From positions 1 to 64,000 of IMG/VR virus record IMGVR_UViG_3300027782_006229: a stretch of DNA of 64,000 bases, one strand, 5' to 3'. Shown here in pieces: positions 29,765 to 38,191 of the stretch (the stretch's first letter is position 1; each line of letters begins with the position of its first letter). The DNA is from a virus. The notes under the pieces were generated by a model. The model had not been told where the DNA came from and ran no database searches. It saw nothing but the letters and a program-made list of their open reading frames with translations. Position numbers and translations under genes: made by a program.

Positions 29765-31084
29765 TCAACTCGCAAACATACTCAATGAACTTAACATTTC
29801 ACTTTCCATACCACCTGTTTGGCCATCTGCTTCTGAAATAGTTAAAGTTGAATAATCTATTTTCATTGATGTAGTTGTTCCACGTGCTCCAAATCGGTTT
29901 TTCATCATACCCATTTTAATAATCTCTAGTTCTCTATCTTCATCATTCTGGAAGATAGAAACAATAACATCTGCAGTAGCTGCAAGACCGATAGACTCAC
30001 TAATAGTATTAAGATCAGGGTTAGAAACATCAAATCCTGAACGATTAAGCTGGGTTGCACTAATAACAGGACAGCTAAAGATGTATGACATAGCACGAAC
30101 CTGCTCAGTTACATGTTTAATACGTTCATAACTGTTATTACCCATTGGAGAATGTAGTAGATTCAAGTAATCTAACACAATAGCATCAATTTTAATACCT
30201 TTATCTTCAATTTTTTTAATGAAAGCTTGAATCTGCCTTGGAGTCATTGTTGCAGGAGGAAATTCTTTGATAAGAATCTTACCACCTGGCTTATTTTTCT
30301 TAATATCTTCAATGGCTGCTTTAAGAGATCCAGTCTCTAAATGAAGAGTCTTCATTGGAATCTTACTTACATTAGTACAAATACGTTTCGCATACAATAT
30401 TTCAGGCATTTCTAACGTAATTAACAGTACAGTTTTATTCTGATCTGCTATATTAGCTGCAATATTGCCGAGAAAAATAGATTTACCAATATTAGTCTCA
30501 CCTGCAAAGACATATAAAGCTCGACCATCTCTCATAAAGCCCCCACCAATATAATCATCCAACCAAGGCCATGTACTTGGAATAGTTTCCTGTACATCCT
30601 GGATTTGCTTGATTACATTATCAATATCTGCATACAAGTCTAATCCAACATCAGTCTGCAAAGATATATTACAGCTTTTTTCAAATTTATCAAGAATTGC
30701 AGAGGTATCAGCCTTATTACTTGAAATATCAGCAGCAACCTCAAGTAAAGTACTAAAAACAGCCTTCTCTTTTAAAAATTGCTCGGTATTTTCATACAAT
30801 TCATCTTCGTTGAAGCTTTTATCAAGGCTTTGAAAGCTGGTAAGCACGTTTTTAAATGATGATCTACTTACTTCATCACCACAATACTGCTTTATTTCCG
30901 TTAAATTAGGTAATTCATTGCGAACATCATAAAATCCTTTGATAATCTCAAATATTTTTTTATTATCTCTGTTTTTAAAATAATCTGATTTGGTGTAATC
31001 AATAGTAGTTGCAAGATATCGTTTATCTGTACAGCATTTATACAAAAAGATATTCTCAAAAAAGTCCAAGTCTAATTTTAACAT
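29765..31084 (-). CDS. gp41: Replicative DnaB-like helicase, T4 gp41-like
   Basis: AGETNIGKS, ITLEM, IKEFP, VLDYL, SATQLNR, SESIGLAATAD, KNRFG. Confidence 0.95.
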   Translation of the reverse strand: MLKLDLDFFENIFLYKCCTDKRYLATTIDYTKSDYFKNRDNKKIFEIIKGFYDVRNELPNLTEIKQYCGDEVSRSSFKNVLTSFQSLDKSFNEDELYENTEQFLKEKAVFSTLLEVAADISSNKADTSAILDKFEKSCNISLQTDVGLDLYADIDNVIKQIQDVQETIPSTWPWLDDYIGGGFMRDGRALYVFAGETNIGKSIFLGNIAANIADQNKTVLLITLEMPEILYAKRICTNVSKIPMKTLHLETGSLKAAIEDIKKNKPGGKILIKEFPPATMTPRQIQAFIKKIEDKGIKIDAIVLDYLNLLHSPMGNNSYERIKHVTEQVRAMSYIFSCPVISATQLNRSGFDVSNPDLNTISESIGLAATADVIVSIFQNDEDRELEIIKMGMMKNRFGARGTTTSMKIDYSTLTISEADGQTGGMESEMLSSLSMFAS

Positions 31085-31162
31085 TACATTATAATAGTAG
31101 CTAGATATAGTATATCAAGATGGTAATTGTGGTATATTTTTTAAACAGTATTAAATAACCAT

Positions 31163-32419
31163 ATGAATAGACGTGAATTTATACGAGTTGGTGCTGCTGG
31201 TTCGATGTTATTGCCTGATTTTTTAAGAGCTCAATCACAAAACAAAGCAAAAGCAACATCAGTTGTACAGATTTATTTGCCAGGTGGTATGAGTCATCAA
31301 GATTCATGGGATTACAAGCCATTTGCACCATCTGAATATAGAGGACCATTTGATCCAATTAAAACAAAAATTGACGATGTGACTTTTGGGTCACTTCTTA
31401 AAGAAACTGCTAAGATTAGTGATAATTTAACTGTTATCCGTTCAATGACACATGGCGAAGCTGCTCATGAGCGTGGAACACATAATATGTTGACTGGTTA
31501 TAAGCCATCACCAGCACTAAGCTACCCATCTTTTGGTAGTGTTATTAGTCATGAATTAGGAAATCGCAACAATTTACCAGCATACGTTCTTGTTCCAAAC
31601 CAATTTGCACCAGAAAATGGTACAGGTTATCTATCAACAAAATATGGAGCATTTTCTCTAGGTTCTAACCCAGAAGATCCAGGATTTGCTGTTAAAGATC
31701 TCAATTCACCTGCAGGTATTAATGATAAAGCATTTGATAGACGTCGTAACCTACTTGGTGCTGTTGATGAACACTTTAAAACCCGTGAATCTAATGTAGA
31801 TGCTGTTAAAGCAATGGATTCGTTTTATAATGATGCATATGCAATGATGTCGTCAACACAAGCACGTGAAGCGTTTGAGTTATCAAAAGAACCAGATGTG
31901 GTAAAAGATGCATATGGTCGTAATGCAGCTGGGCAACGGCTGTTATTATCTCGTAGATTGATTGAAGCTGGTGTAAGAATGGTTACAGTAACGTATGGTT
32001 CATGGGATCACCACTCAAATCTTAAAGGATCATATGAGCAAAACATGATTAACTTTGATAGAGCCTTTGCTGCATTCATTACAGACCTTAAACAACGTGG
32101 TTTACTTAGCTCTACACTGGTAATGGTAACATCTGAATTTGGTAGAACACCAAAAATTAACGCAACTAATGGTAGAGATCATTGGCCAAGAGTATTTTCA
32201 ACAGTACTAGCAGGTGGTGGTGTCAAATCCGGATATGCTTATGGTACATCCGATGCTTTAGCTTCAGAACCAGATAATAATCCAGTAACTCCTGGTCAAC
32301 TAGCTGCTACAATGTATAGTTTAATAGGTGTTTCACCAAGAAAGAAGCTAATGACACCAGATTTAAGACCGATTGAAGTCGTTTATAACGATTCACCAAT
32401 TGAAGATATCTTAGTTTGA
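31163..32419 (+). CDS. Second DUF1501 family protein with Tat signal
   Basis: MNRREFI; IYLPGGMSHQDSWDYK, GSWDHH, SEFGRTPKIN, GRDHWP; TAAATA-N5-ATG. Confidence 0.9.
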   Translation: MNRREFIRVGAAGSMLLPDFLRAQSQNKAKATSVVQIYLPGGMSHQDSWDYKPFAPSEYRGPFDPIKTKIDDVTFGSLLKETAKISDNLTVIRSMTHGEAAHERGTHNMLTGYKPSPALSYPSFGSVISHELGNRNNLPAYVLVPNQFAPENGTGYLSTKYGAFSLGSNPEDPGFAVKDLNSPAGINDKAFDRRRNLLGAVDEHFKTRESNVDAVKAMDSFYNDAYAMMSSTQAREAFELSKEPDVVKDAYGRNAAGQRLLLSRRLIEAGVRMVTVTYGSWDHHSNLKGSYEQNMINFDRAFAAFITDLKQRGLLSSTLVMVTSEFGRTPKINATNGRDHWPRVFSTVLAGGGVKSGYAYGTSDALASEPDNNPVTPGQLAATMYSLIGVSPRKKLMTPDLRPIEVVYNDSPIEDILV

Positions 32420-33055
32420 CCACTTATTCAAGAACCATTCTTGACCATTATTCCACTCATCTGTAAATTCTTTCAATCCAGGTGACGCATGAGTGATAGT
32501 TATATCACCTACACCGATTTTAAAGCCAGCTTTATGGCAAGCCATTGAAAAGTCTAGGTCATAAAAGTGAAACCCAGCAGGATTTGTTTCATCAAACCTT
32601 ACTTTTTGTAATACTTCTGTTTTAACAGCCATAAACACACCATCAATTAGTATAACACGATCAGGATAACTACCAAAACTGGTCATAAACTTGGTACCTG
32701 TAGGTTCACATAGATGAGCTACAGCTCCTCTATGATGTTTTCTATTACTCATTAGATGCCATAATGCTGGTTTCTGTAATTTTGCTTCTCTTGTTCCTGC
32801 TAGCCCTACAACATCAAAGTTTGTTCCAAGATTATAGAGTTGCCTTTCAATTGCTTCAGGTGCTTCTATAATAACATCATCATGTACGAATACAATCCAG
32901 TCTGATAATATAAAATCGTCAATAGCATCATTATAGACAATAGGTAAAGGGTCTGTATTGTTTGCTGCCCAAGATACATCATATATATCTTTTGTGCTGC
33001 GATATAGTAAAGTTGATTTTGGATCACCTTTGGTTGCTGATACGAATTTTATCAT
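32411..33055 (-). CDS. Glycosyltransferase-like protein (GT2-related)
   Basis: YNDAI, VFVHDDV, VVGLAG, IDGVFMA, FHFYDLDFS. Confidence 0.8.
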   Translation of the reverse strand: MIKFVSATKGDPKSTLLYRSTKDIYDVSWAANNTDPLPIVYNDAIDDFILSDWIVFVHDDVIIEAPEAIERQLYNLGTNFDVVGLAGTREAKLQKPALWHLMSNRKHHRGAVAHLCEPTGTKFMTSFGSYPDRVILIDGVFMAVKTEVLQKVRFDETNPAGFHFYDLDFSMACHKAGFKIGVGDITITHASPGLKEFTDEWNNGQEWFLNKWSN

Positions 33056-33753
33056 ATAATTAAGAATGGGGAGTTAGGTTTGAATTTACCAACTTCTTTA
33101 AATTTATACTCTTTTGTAAGTTTAACAACCTTTCCTTCAGGTAATTCAACCCAACCCTTTCCTTTAATAGACGAATAACTACCATTATCATTAATATAGA
33201 GGGTACTACCTTGTCTTACTAGGTAGACGTTAAGGGATGTAGTGTTAACAATACAGAGAGCAAACGTCCCATTAAGTCTCTCGCATATCGTTTCAATTAT
33301 TTTAACTTCATCAGTAGAAGAAGATCGAGATTTATTACCTTTGAGCTCATTCCATTTTTCTTGAATCATACACACAATAACAGATGTATCTACAGGATTT
33401 TCATTCCAATTACAATATTGTTCATTCAAACTTTCATGATTTGTTAAAACACCATTATGAAACACAAGCCAATCTTCTTGCTCAAATGGATGTGATGTAT
33501 CATAGTTATATTTTCTTACTGAAGATGTTGGAGCTTGTACATGCCCCATATAGTAAGCATGGTTTTTAGGTTTGAGCTTTTGCTTTTCGAAGTTAATATA
33601 ACCTTCCTGCTTTAAAATACTTACATCGTCAACATTACCAGCTGGTGCTTTCATCAGCGTTAGTAATGACGATGCAAAGTTTCCACGAGCTTTATTAGCT
33701 TCATATAAAACTTCAAACATTGATTGATCGGCTGAACCGAATATAGAACACAT
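33052..33753 (-). CDS. Class II (Ntn) glutamine amidotransferase
   Basis: N-terminal MCSIFG, GH.QAPT, SHPF, HNGVL.N, VDTSVI. Confidence 0.85.
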   Translation of the reverse strand: MCSIFGSADQSMFEVLYEANKARGNFASSLLTLMKAPAGNVDDVSILKQEGYINFEKQKLKPKNHAYYMGHVQAPTSSVRKYNYDTSHPFEQEDWLVFHNGVLTNHESLNEQYCNWNENPVDTSVIVCMIQEKWNELKGNKSRSSSTDEVKIIETICERLNGTFALCIVNTTSLNVYLVRQGSTLYINDNGSYSSIKGKGWVELPEGKVVKLTKEYKFKEVGKFKPNSPFLII

Positions 33754-33801
33754 AATATATTAAATATAGACGTTAATACACAAAAAACAATAAATAATTT
33801 T

Positions 33802-34854
33802 ATGAATTTTAATTCTCTCGTTACCAAACTAGAAATCCTTGAAGAAGCTAAAACTGGCCGCTTTGAAAAGCTCTTCCAAACAGGCTACCTTAAAAAAGCT
33901 ATTGAAGATAAAAAACTTGGTACAGCAAGACCGTTAATGTTTGAATTTATTATTAACTTTTTGAAAGAGAAGGGTGTAGTACCAGATGAAACATATTTTA
34001 AAGGTTCACGCGCTGCTGCTGACGCAGGTGAATTTATTAAAAATCTTATTGATACAGGTTTACTTAAAGATGAAATTGCTGATGAATTCAACGAGTATAT
34101 AAAAACTAATTTAGGTGACTGGATTGGACTTAAAGTGAGATCTTTACGTGAACGCGGTAAAGGACAAAATCGTGGTAAAACATTCGGATCTGCTGAAGAA
34201 TTTAACGCATTTAAAAATGTTAAAACCAAAGAAGAAATGGATGCTGAAAAGCAAGCTGCAAAAGATAAAAAACAAGCTGCAGCTGACGATACATCACCGA
34301 TAGCCCCTTATGAGTTTACCGATTATTTAGTTAATATAGTATCTAAGGTACCTCTAGATATTAAACTAGTAGCTAGAATTTTAACAGCTGCAAGTAATGG
34401 TAAATCAGTTAATGTGGATGATACTAGCACACCTACTAATATTGATATATCTTTAGATCCTGAATCAGCAATTGTAGATAAGGTTAAAAAGAACGGTGCA
34501 GATGCAACAGCTGACTCACTTTTAAAAGTATTGCCGAAATATTTAAAAGTTGATGCTGAAGATATGGAAATTTTTATAAGCTCACCACATACAATGGATA
34601 TTGAATCTGAGTTTGAATCTAAAAAACCAAAAACTAAAGCTCAACGAACTGGTGTTGATTTACAAGGTTATGGAATGGGTACTATTGCTCCAGATGACTC
34701 TGAGAGACGTCTTGCAAACCCATTTGAAGATGAGGAAGTCCTTGTTCAAAATGAAAACCACAAACCAAAAGTGACATTCATTTCAACCAAGGACCGTTTT
34801 AAGCCAGCAAATTCCTGGCAACAAGCTGCTAGAGCGGAGATGTTTTACAAATAA
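33802..34854 (+). CDS. Hypothetical late/capsid-internal protein
   Basis: ATAAATA-N5-ATG; MNFNSLVTKLEILEE. Confidence 0.6.
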   Translation: MNFNSLVTKLEILEEAKTGRFEKLFQTGYLKKAIEDKKLGTARPLMFEFIINFLKEKGVVPDETYFKGSRAAADAGEFIKNLIDTGLLKDEIADEFNEYIKTNLGDWIGLKVRSLRERGKGQNRGKTFGSAEEFNAFKNVKTKEEMDAEKQAAKDKKQAAADDTSPIAPYEFTDYLVNIVSKVPLDIKLVARILTAASNGKSVNVDDTSTPTNIDISLDPESAIVDKVKKNGADATADSLLKVLPKYLKVDAEDMEIFISSPHTMDIESEFESKKPKTKAQRTGVDLQGYGMGTIAPDDSERRLANPFEDEEVLVQNENHKPKVTFISTKDRFKPANSWQQAARAEMFYK

Positions 34855-35582
34855 GTCTCATAAGGGATTTTTTTGCAGTTATGCTTAACCCATACAGACG
34901 ATAAGTCTTGTTTATATTCGATTGGATCAATATAACCTGCTGAAACAAATCCAGCTAACCTTAAACTACTAGAAGGTGAATAAGCATCTGCTTTATCTTC
35001 ACCTGCATAGCAAGTCCAAGTATCGCTAAACTTCACACCAAGTCTAATACCCTCTTCAATAATCTCTTTTTTAGACATTGTAATTAGAGGAGCTTCAACT
35101 TTAATGCGATGCTCTCGATTTAAGTCAGCAACTGCATTGATTGCATCTAGAAACTCAGGGCTTCCATCCCAATAACCTGCTAATGAATCAACTTGAGCTG
35201 CTCCATACCAAACTGTGCTCGCTCCAACTCCTTCTGCATATGATAGAAGGTAAGTAATAAAAAGCATATTACGGAATGCAACGTAGCTTTTCGGTTGAGC
35301 CTCACCTCTCATCTCTCTAACGTCTGGTGTATCAATATCTAGATTAGTTAGAGAAGAAGTTGGTGCTAATACATCTAGTGGTGTATTAATAATTTTCATT
35401 TTGATAATTTTCTTATGACCTACACGGCGTATAAGTTGTTTATGAGCGCAATCTAGTTCTTTTTTATGTCTTTGACCATAATCAAAAAATAAACAATAAA
35501 TTTCATCAAACTGTTCAATCGCTTTTTGAAGTAGGACAGAAGAATCCATACCACCAGAGAATGCTAATACTATTTTCGACAT
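34845..35582 (-). CDS. queC: 7-cyano-7-deazaguanine synthase
   Basis: LAFSGGMDS, FDYGQRH..E, YVAFRN, TWTCY. Confidence 0.92.
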   Translation of the reverse strand: MSKIVLAFSGGMDSSVLLQKAIEQFDEIYCLFFDYGQRHKKELDCAHKQLIRRVGHKKIIKMKIINTPLDVLAPTSSLTNLDIDTPDVREMRGEAQPKSYVAFRNMLFITYLLSYAEGVGASTVWYGAAQVDSLAGYWDGSPEFLDAINAVADLNREHRIKVEAPLITMSKKEIIEEGIRLGVKFSDTWTCYAGEDKADAYSPSSSLRLAGFVSAGYIDPIEYKQDLSSVWVKHNCKKIPYETYL

Positions 35583-35584
35583 AT

Positions 35585-35854
35585 TTAAATTGTAGCTTCG
35601 TCTAAGAGATTTTCAAGATATACAATACCTTTCATCCCAGAAAAACGTGAAACTTCTTTTTCGTTTTTAACAAATACACAAGTCGGTACAGCATTAATGT
35701 TGTAATTTTTAACTAATTGTTCATGTTCTTCGATGTTGATGTGCTCAACATCGCAATTATGATGTTTTTGTTTAAACTGCTCAATGATTGGTTTAAACAT
35801 TTTACAAGGTCCACAATAACTAGCAGTAAAGTATAACAATTTAATTTCATTCAT
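35585..35854 (-). CDS. Thioredoxin
   Basis: YCGPCK active site, AVPT. Confidence 0.9.
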   Translation of the reverse strand: MNEIKLLYFTASYCGPCKMFKPIIEQFKQKHHNCDVEHINIEEHEQLVKNYNINAVPTCVFVKNEKEVSRFSGMKGIVYLENLLDEATI

Positions 35855-35855
35855 A

Positions 35856-36545
35856 TTACAAATATAATATATTGTTGGTTGTTTTCAACTTATAAGGTGA
35901 AAGTGAAAAATACCGACATGCATCAGCTATACAATTAAAAATTTTACCATCTATTGATATTTTTTTTGCATTTGAATTATTACTACCACTATTACTACCT
36001 CGTTCTTTAGCTGTAGCAGCAGCTTTAGCTGCACCTTGTTTATATTCTTCTTTGGTCCTTGTCGCTTTTTTTCTTTTGTTTATTTCTTCTAAATAATTTT
36101 CACCGTAAATTTCTTTATAGGTTTTACCTTTCTTTGCATTTGGGTTATTACTATAGAATTCTAATAAACCATCAGAAATCTTTTTTCTATTTTCAGGACG
36201 CTTTGATGGGTTATTTTCACCTCTTTGTGATTCATATATAGCATCTAATAGCTTTTTATCTATTATAGAGTTTTTAGCTAAAAGCTTTGCGGATCTTAAA
36301 TTTGATATAAACTCATATGAACCCTCATCAAAACATTTTGCCATTAATAAGTGTGCTTGTACGTGGTCTTCAACAGACAGCTCGACTGTAGCTTCGGATA
36401 AATTACAGTCGAGCTTAAGAAATCGTGGATAGATATGATGTGTATGTAATACTAAATTAGAGTTGTAAATTTTTGTTTTGCAATTTTTTATGAACTGTAA
36501 ATATTTTTGATATTCTATAACCCACAATAAATTAGTTTTATTCAT
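35856..36545 (-). CDS. HNH homing endonuclease with NUMOD-like C-terminus
   Basis: HHIYPR...LSVEDH.QAH.L; GENNPSK, C-terminal IDGKIF..IADACR; start probably ATG 36545 after TATAAATA. Confidence 0.8.
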   Translation of the reverse strand: MNKTNLLWVIEYQKYLQFIKNCKTKIYNSNLVLHTHHIYPRFLKLDCNLSEATVELSVEDHVQAHLLMAKCFDEGSYEFISNLRSAKLLAKNSIIDKKLLDAIYESQRGENNPSKRPENRKKISDGLLEFYSNNPNAKKGKTYKEIYGENYLEEINKRKKATRTKEEYKQGAAKAAATAKERGSNSGSNNSNAKKISIDGKIFNCIADACRYFSLSPYKLKTTNNILYL

Positions 36546-36607
36546 ACAACTATTTATAGCGTCGTGGTGTGTTTCACCACGGAGCACTAAAATATAGCAT
36601 TTTGATA

Positions 36608-37735
36608 CTATTCATCTTTATCTCCTTCTAGTTCGTCAATTTCGTCGATTTCATCTGGTACATCAGCTTCGACTTCATTACCATTACTATACAACCAATT
36701 TTTAGTAATTTCTTCTTGTAATTTAGGTAAGATATCCTCTTCCCACAGCTTAGCATTTTTACGCCAATTTTTATAATACCCAAGCTTGGTACCACTTGGT
36801 AATGCATATGTTGCACCATTTTGAATAACGGCTCCCATACCAACAGCTAAGTCAAGAAGACCGTAATACTTGTCTAAACCTGATGAGAATGACAAATACA
36901 TCTCACCCTCGAGATACTGCTTTACAAAACGATTCTTACGTGTGAGAGCACGAATAATAACACCAGAATAATTTTTCTGACCAGCAACCATATTACTATC
37001 AAATGTCTTACCTCCATCGTCTTTCATAGGTTTACGAGCTAGTTGAACAGATACAGACGGTAAATAAATTACAGACTTACCACCAGGCATATTCTTCTCG
37101 AGAGACGGAAACATTGCAGATGGATCATCATACACATGATTAGTACAAAGAATGGTTGTCTTAGTAAGAGCACCCATATTATTGCATGTCTTAAGAAGTG
37201 ATTTCATAGCACGAGCAGCACTACCCATATCAGCGGAAGTACTTTCTTTTTCCATTCGATTCATTTCCATCTGTGACTGTAGATTACCTAGAGAGTCAAT
37301 CGCAATGATGAATTTACCTTCAAGCTTCTTTTCTTTTACAGTTGTAAGAAATTTAAAGATTGTGTTACGAGTTTCTTCAATTGTTGTTGAAGGGATGTAT
37401 TTCACTTTTGAAATATCAAGACCAAGACGTTCAGCACCTACAGGATCAATCGAATTTTCTGTATCAAATATAAGTACCGTCTTACCCATCTTTTGCGCAT
37501 TCGCTAGAATTTTTTGCACAAATAAACTCTTACCTGTCATTGATTCACCTGCAAGTAATGTTACACGACCTACTGGTATACCACCATCAAACTTACCTGA
37601 AATTAACGCATTCAATACGTAGCTTCCGGTATCAATCCAACCATCAACCAAACTAAGGGAATTTTTATCCAAATATGTAGCATAGGGATTGATTTCATCT
37701 ATACTATCTAAAGCAGCTTTTAATTCTTTATCCAT
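36608..37735 (-). CDS. uvsX: RecA-like recombinase UvsX
   Basis: IDTGSY.LN, AGESMTGKS, FDTE, IDSLGNL, TNHVY, GG. Confidence 0.93.
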   Translation of the reverse strand: MDKELKAALDSIDEINPYATYLDKNSLSLVDGWIDTGSYVLNALISGKFDGGIPVGRVTLLAGESMTGKSLFVQKILANAQKMGKTVLIFDTENSIDPVGAERLGLDISKVKYIPSTTIEETRNTIFKFLTTVKEKKLEGKFIIAIDSLGNLQSQMEMNRMEKESTSADMGSAARAMKSLLKTCNNMGALTKTTILCTNHVYDDPSAMFPSLEKNMPGGKSVIYLPSVSVQLARKPMKDDGGKTFDSNMVAGQKNYSGVIIRALTRKNRFVKQYLEGEMYLSFSSGLDKYYGLLDLAVGMGAVIQNGATYALPSGTKLGYYKNWRKNAKLWEEDILPKLQEEITKNWLYSNGNEVEADVPDEIDEIDELEGDKDE

Positions 37736-37770
37736 AAGTCTATTATAATCTATATTTTACATTTATCCAC

Positions 37771-37804
37771 AAAAAACCCCTCTGAGATAATTATCTCAGA
37801 GGGG
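37771..37804 (-). terminator. Intrinsic terminator
   Basis: Perfect palindrome CCCCTCTGAGATAATTATCTCAGAGGGG with T6 on the minus strand. Confidence 0.85.
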
Positions 37805-37819
37805 TGATATAATTTTTAA

Positions 37820-38161
37820 TTAATCGTCAAACAACTTGATAACCTGTGGGTCCGCTGTCGGTTGAATGATTGGTGATGGATTAGCAATAGCCAAGTATTG
37901 GTTAAGCAACCTATCATCAAGTTCAACGTCGCTATACGAAATTGTTGATTTGGTATAGTGCCATACATTTGTGTCTTTTTCCTTTACAAACTCACCAAAG
38001 AACAATGGAATAGTTTGAACTTGAAGCTGACCTGTCTGGCTTGGTTGTACATGAATAATTACAGGTGTCTTAAGAGACAAAACCGTATCAGTTTCTGATA
38101 CAACTTTACCAATAATAAACCTACCAACGTTGTCGATAATAACTTTAATGTTTTCGCTCAT
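37820..38161 (-). CDS. Small Sm-like conserved phage protein
   Basis: GRFIIG...LKTPVII; lies downstream of the polymerase. Confidence 0.5.
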   Translation of the reverse strand: MSENIKVIIDNVGRFIIGKVVSETDTVLSLKTPVIIHVQPSQTGQLQVQTIPLFFGEFVKEKDTNVWHYTKSTISYSDVELDDRLLNQYLAIANPSPIIQPTADPQVIKLFDD

Positions 38162-38191
38162 ATGTATATTATGAATTATAATTGTGATATA

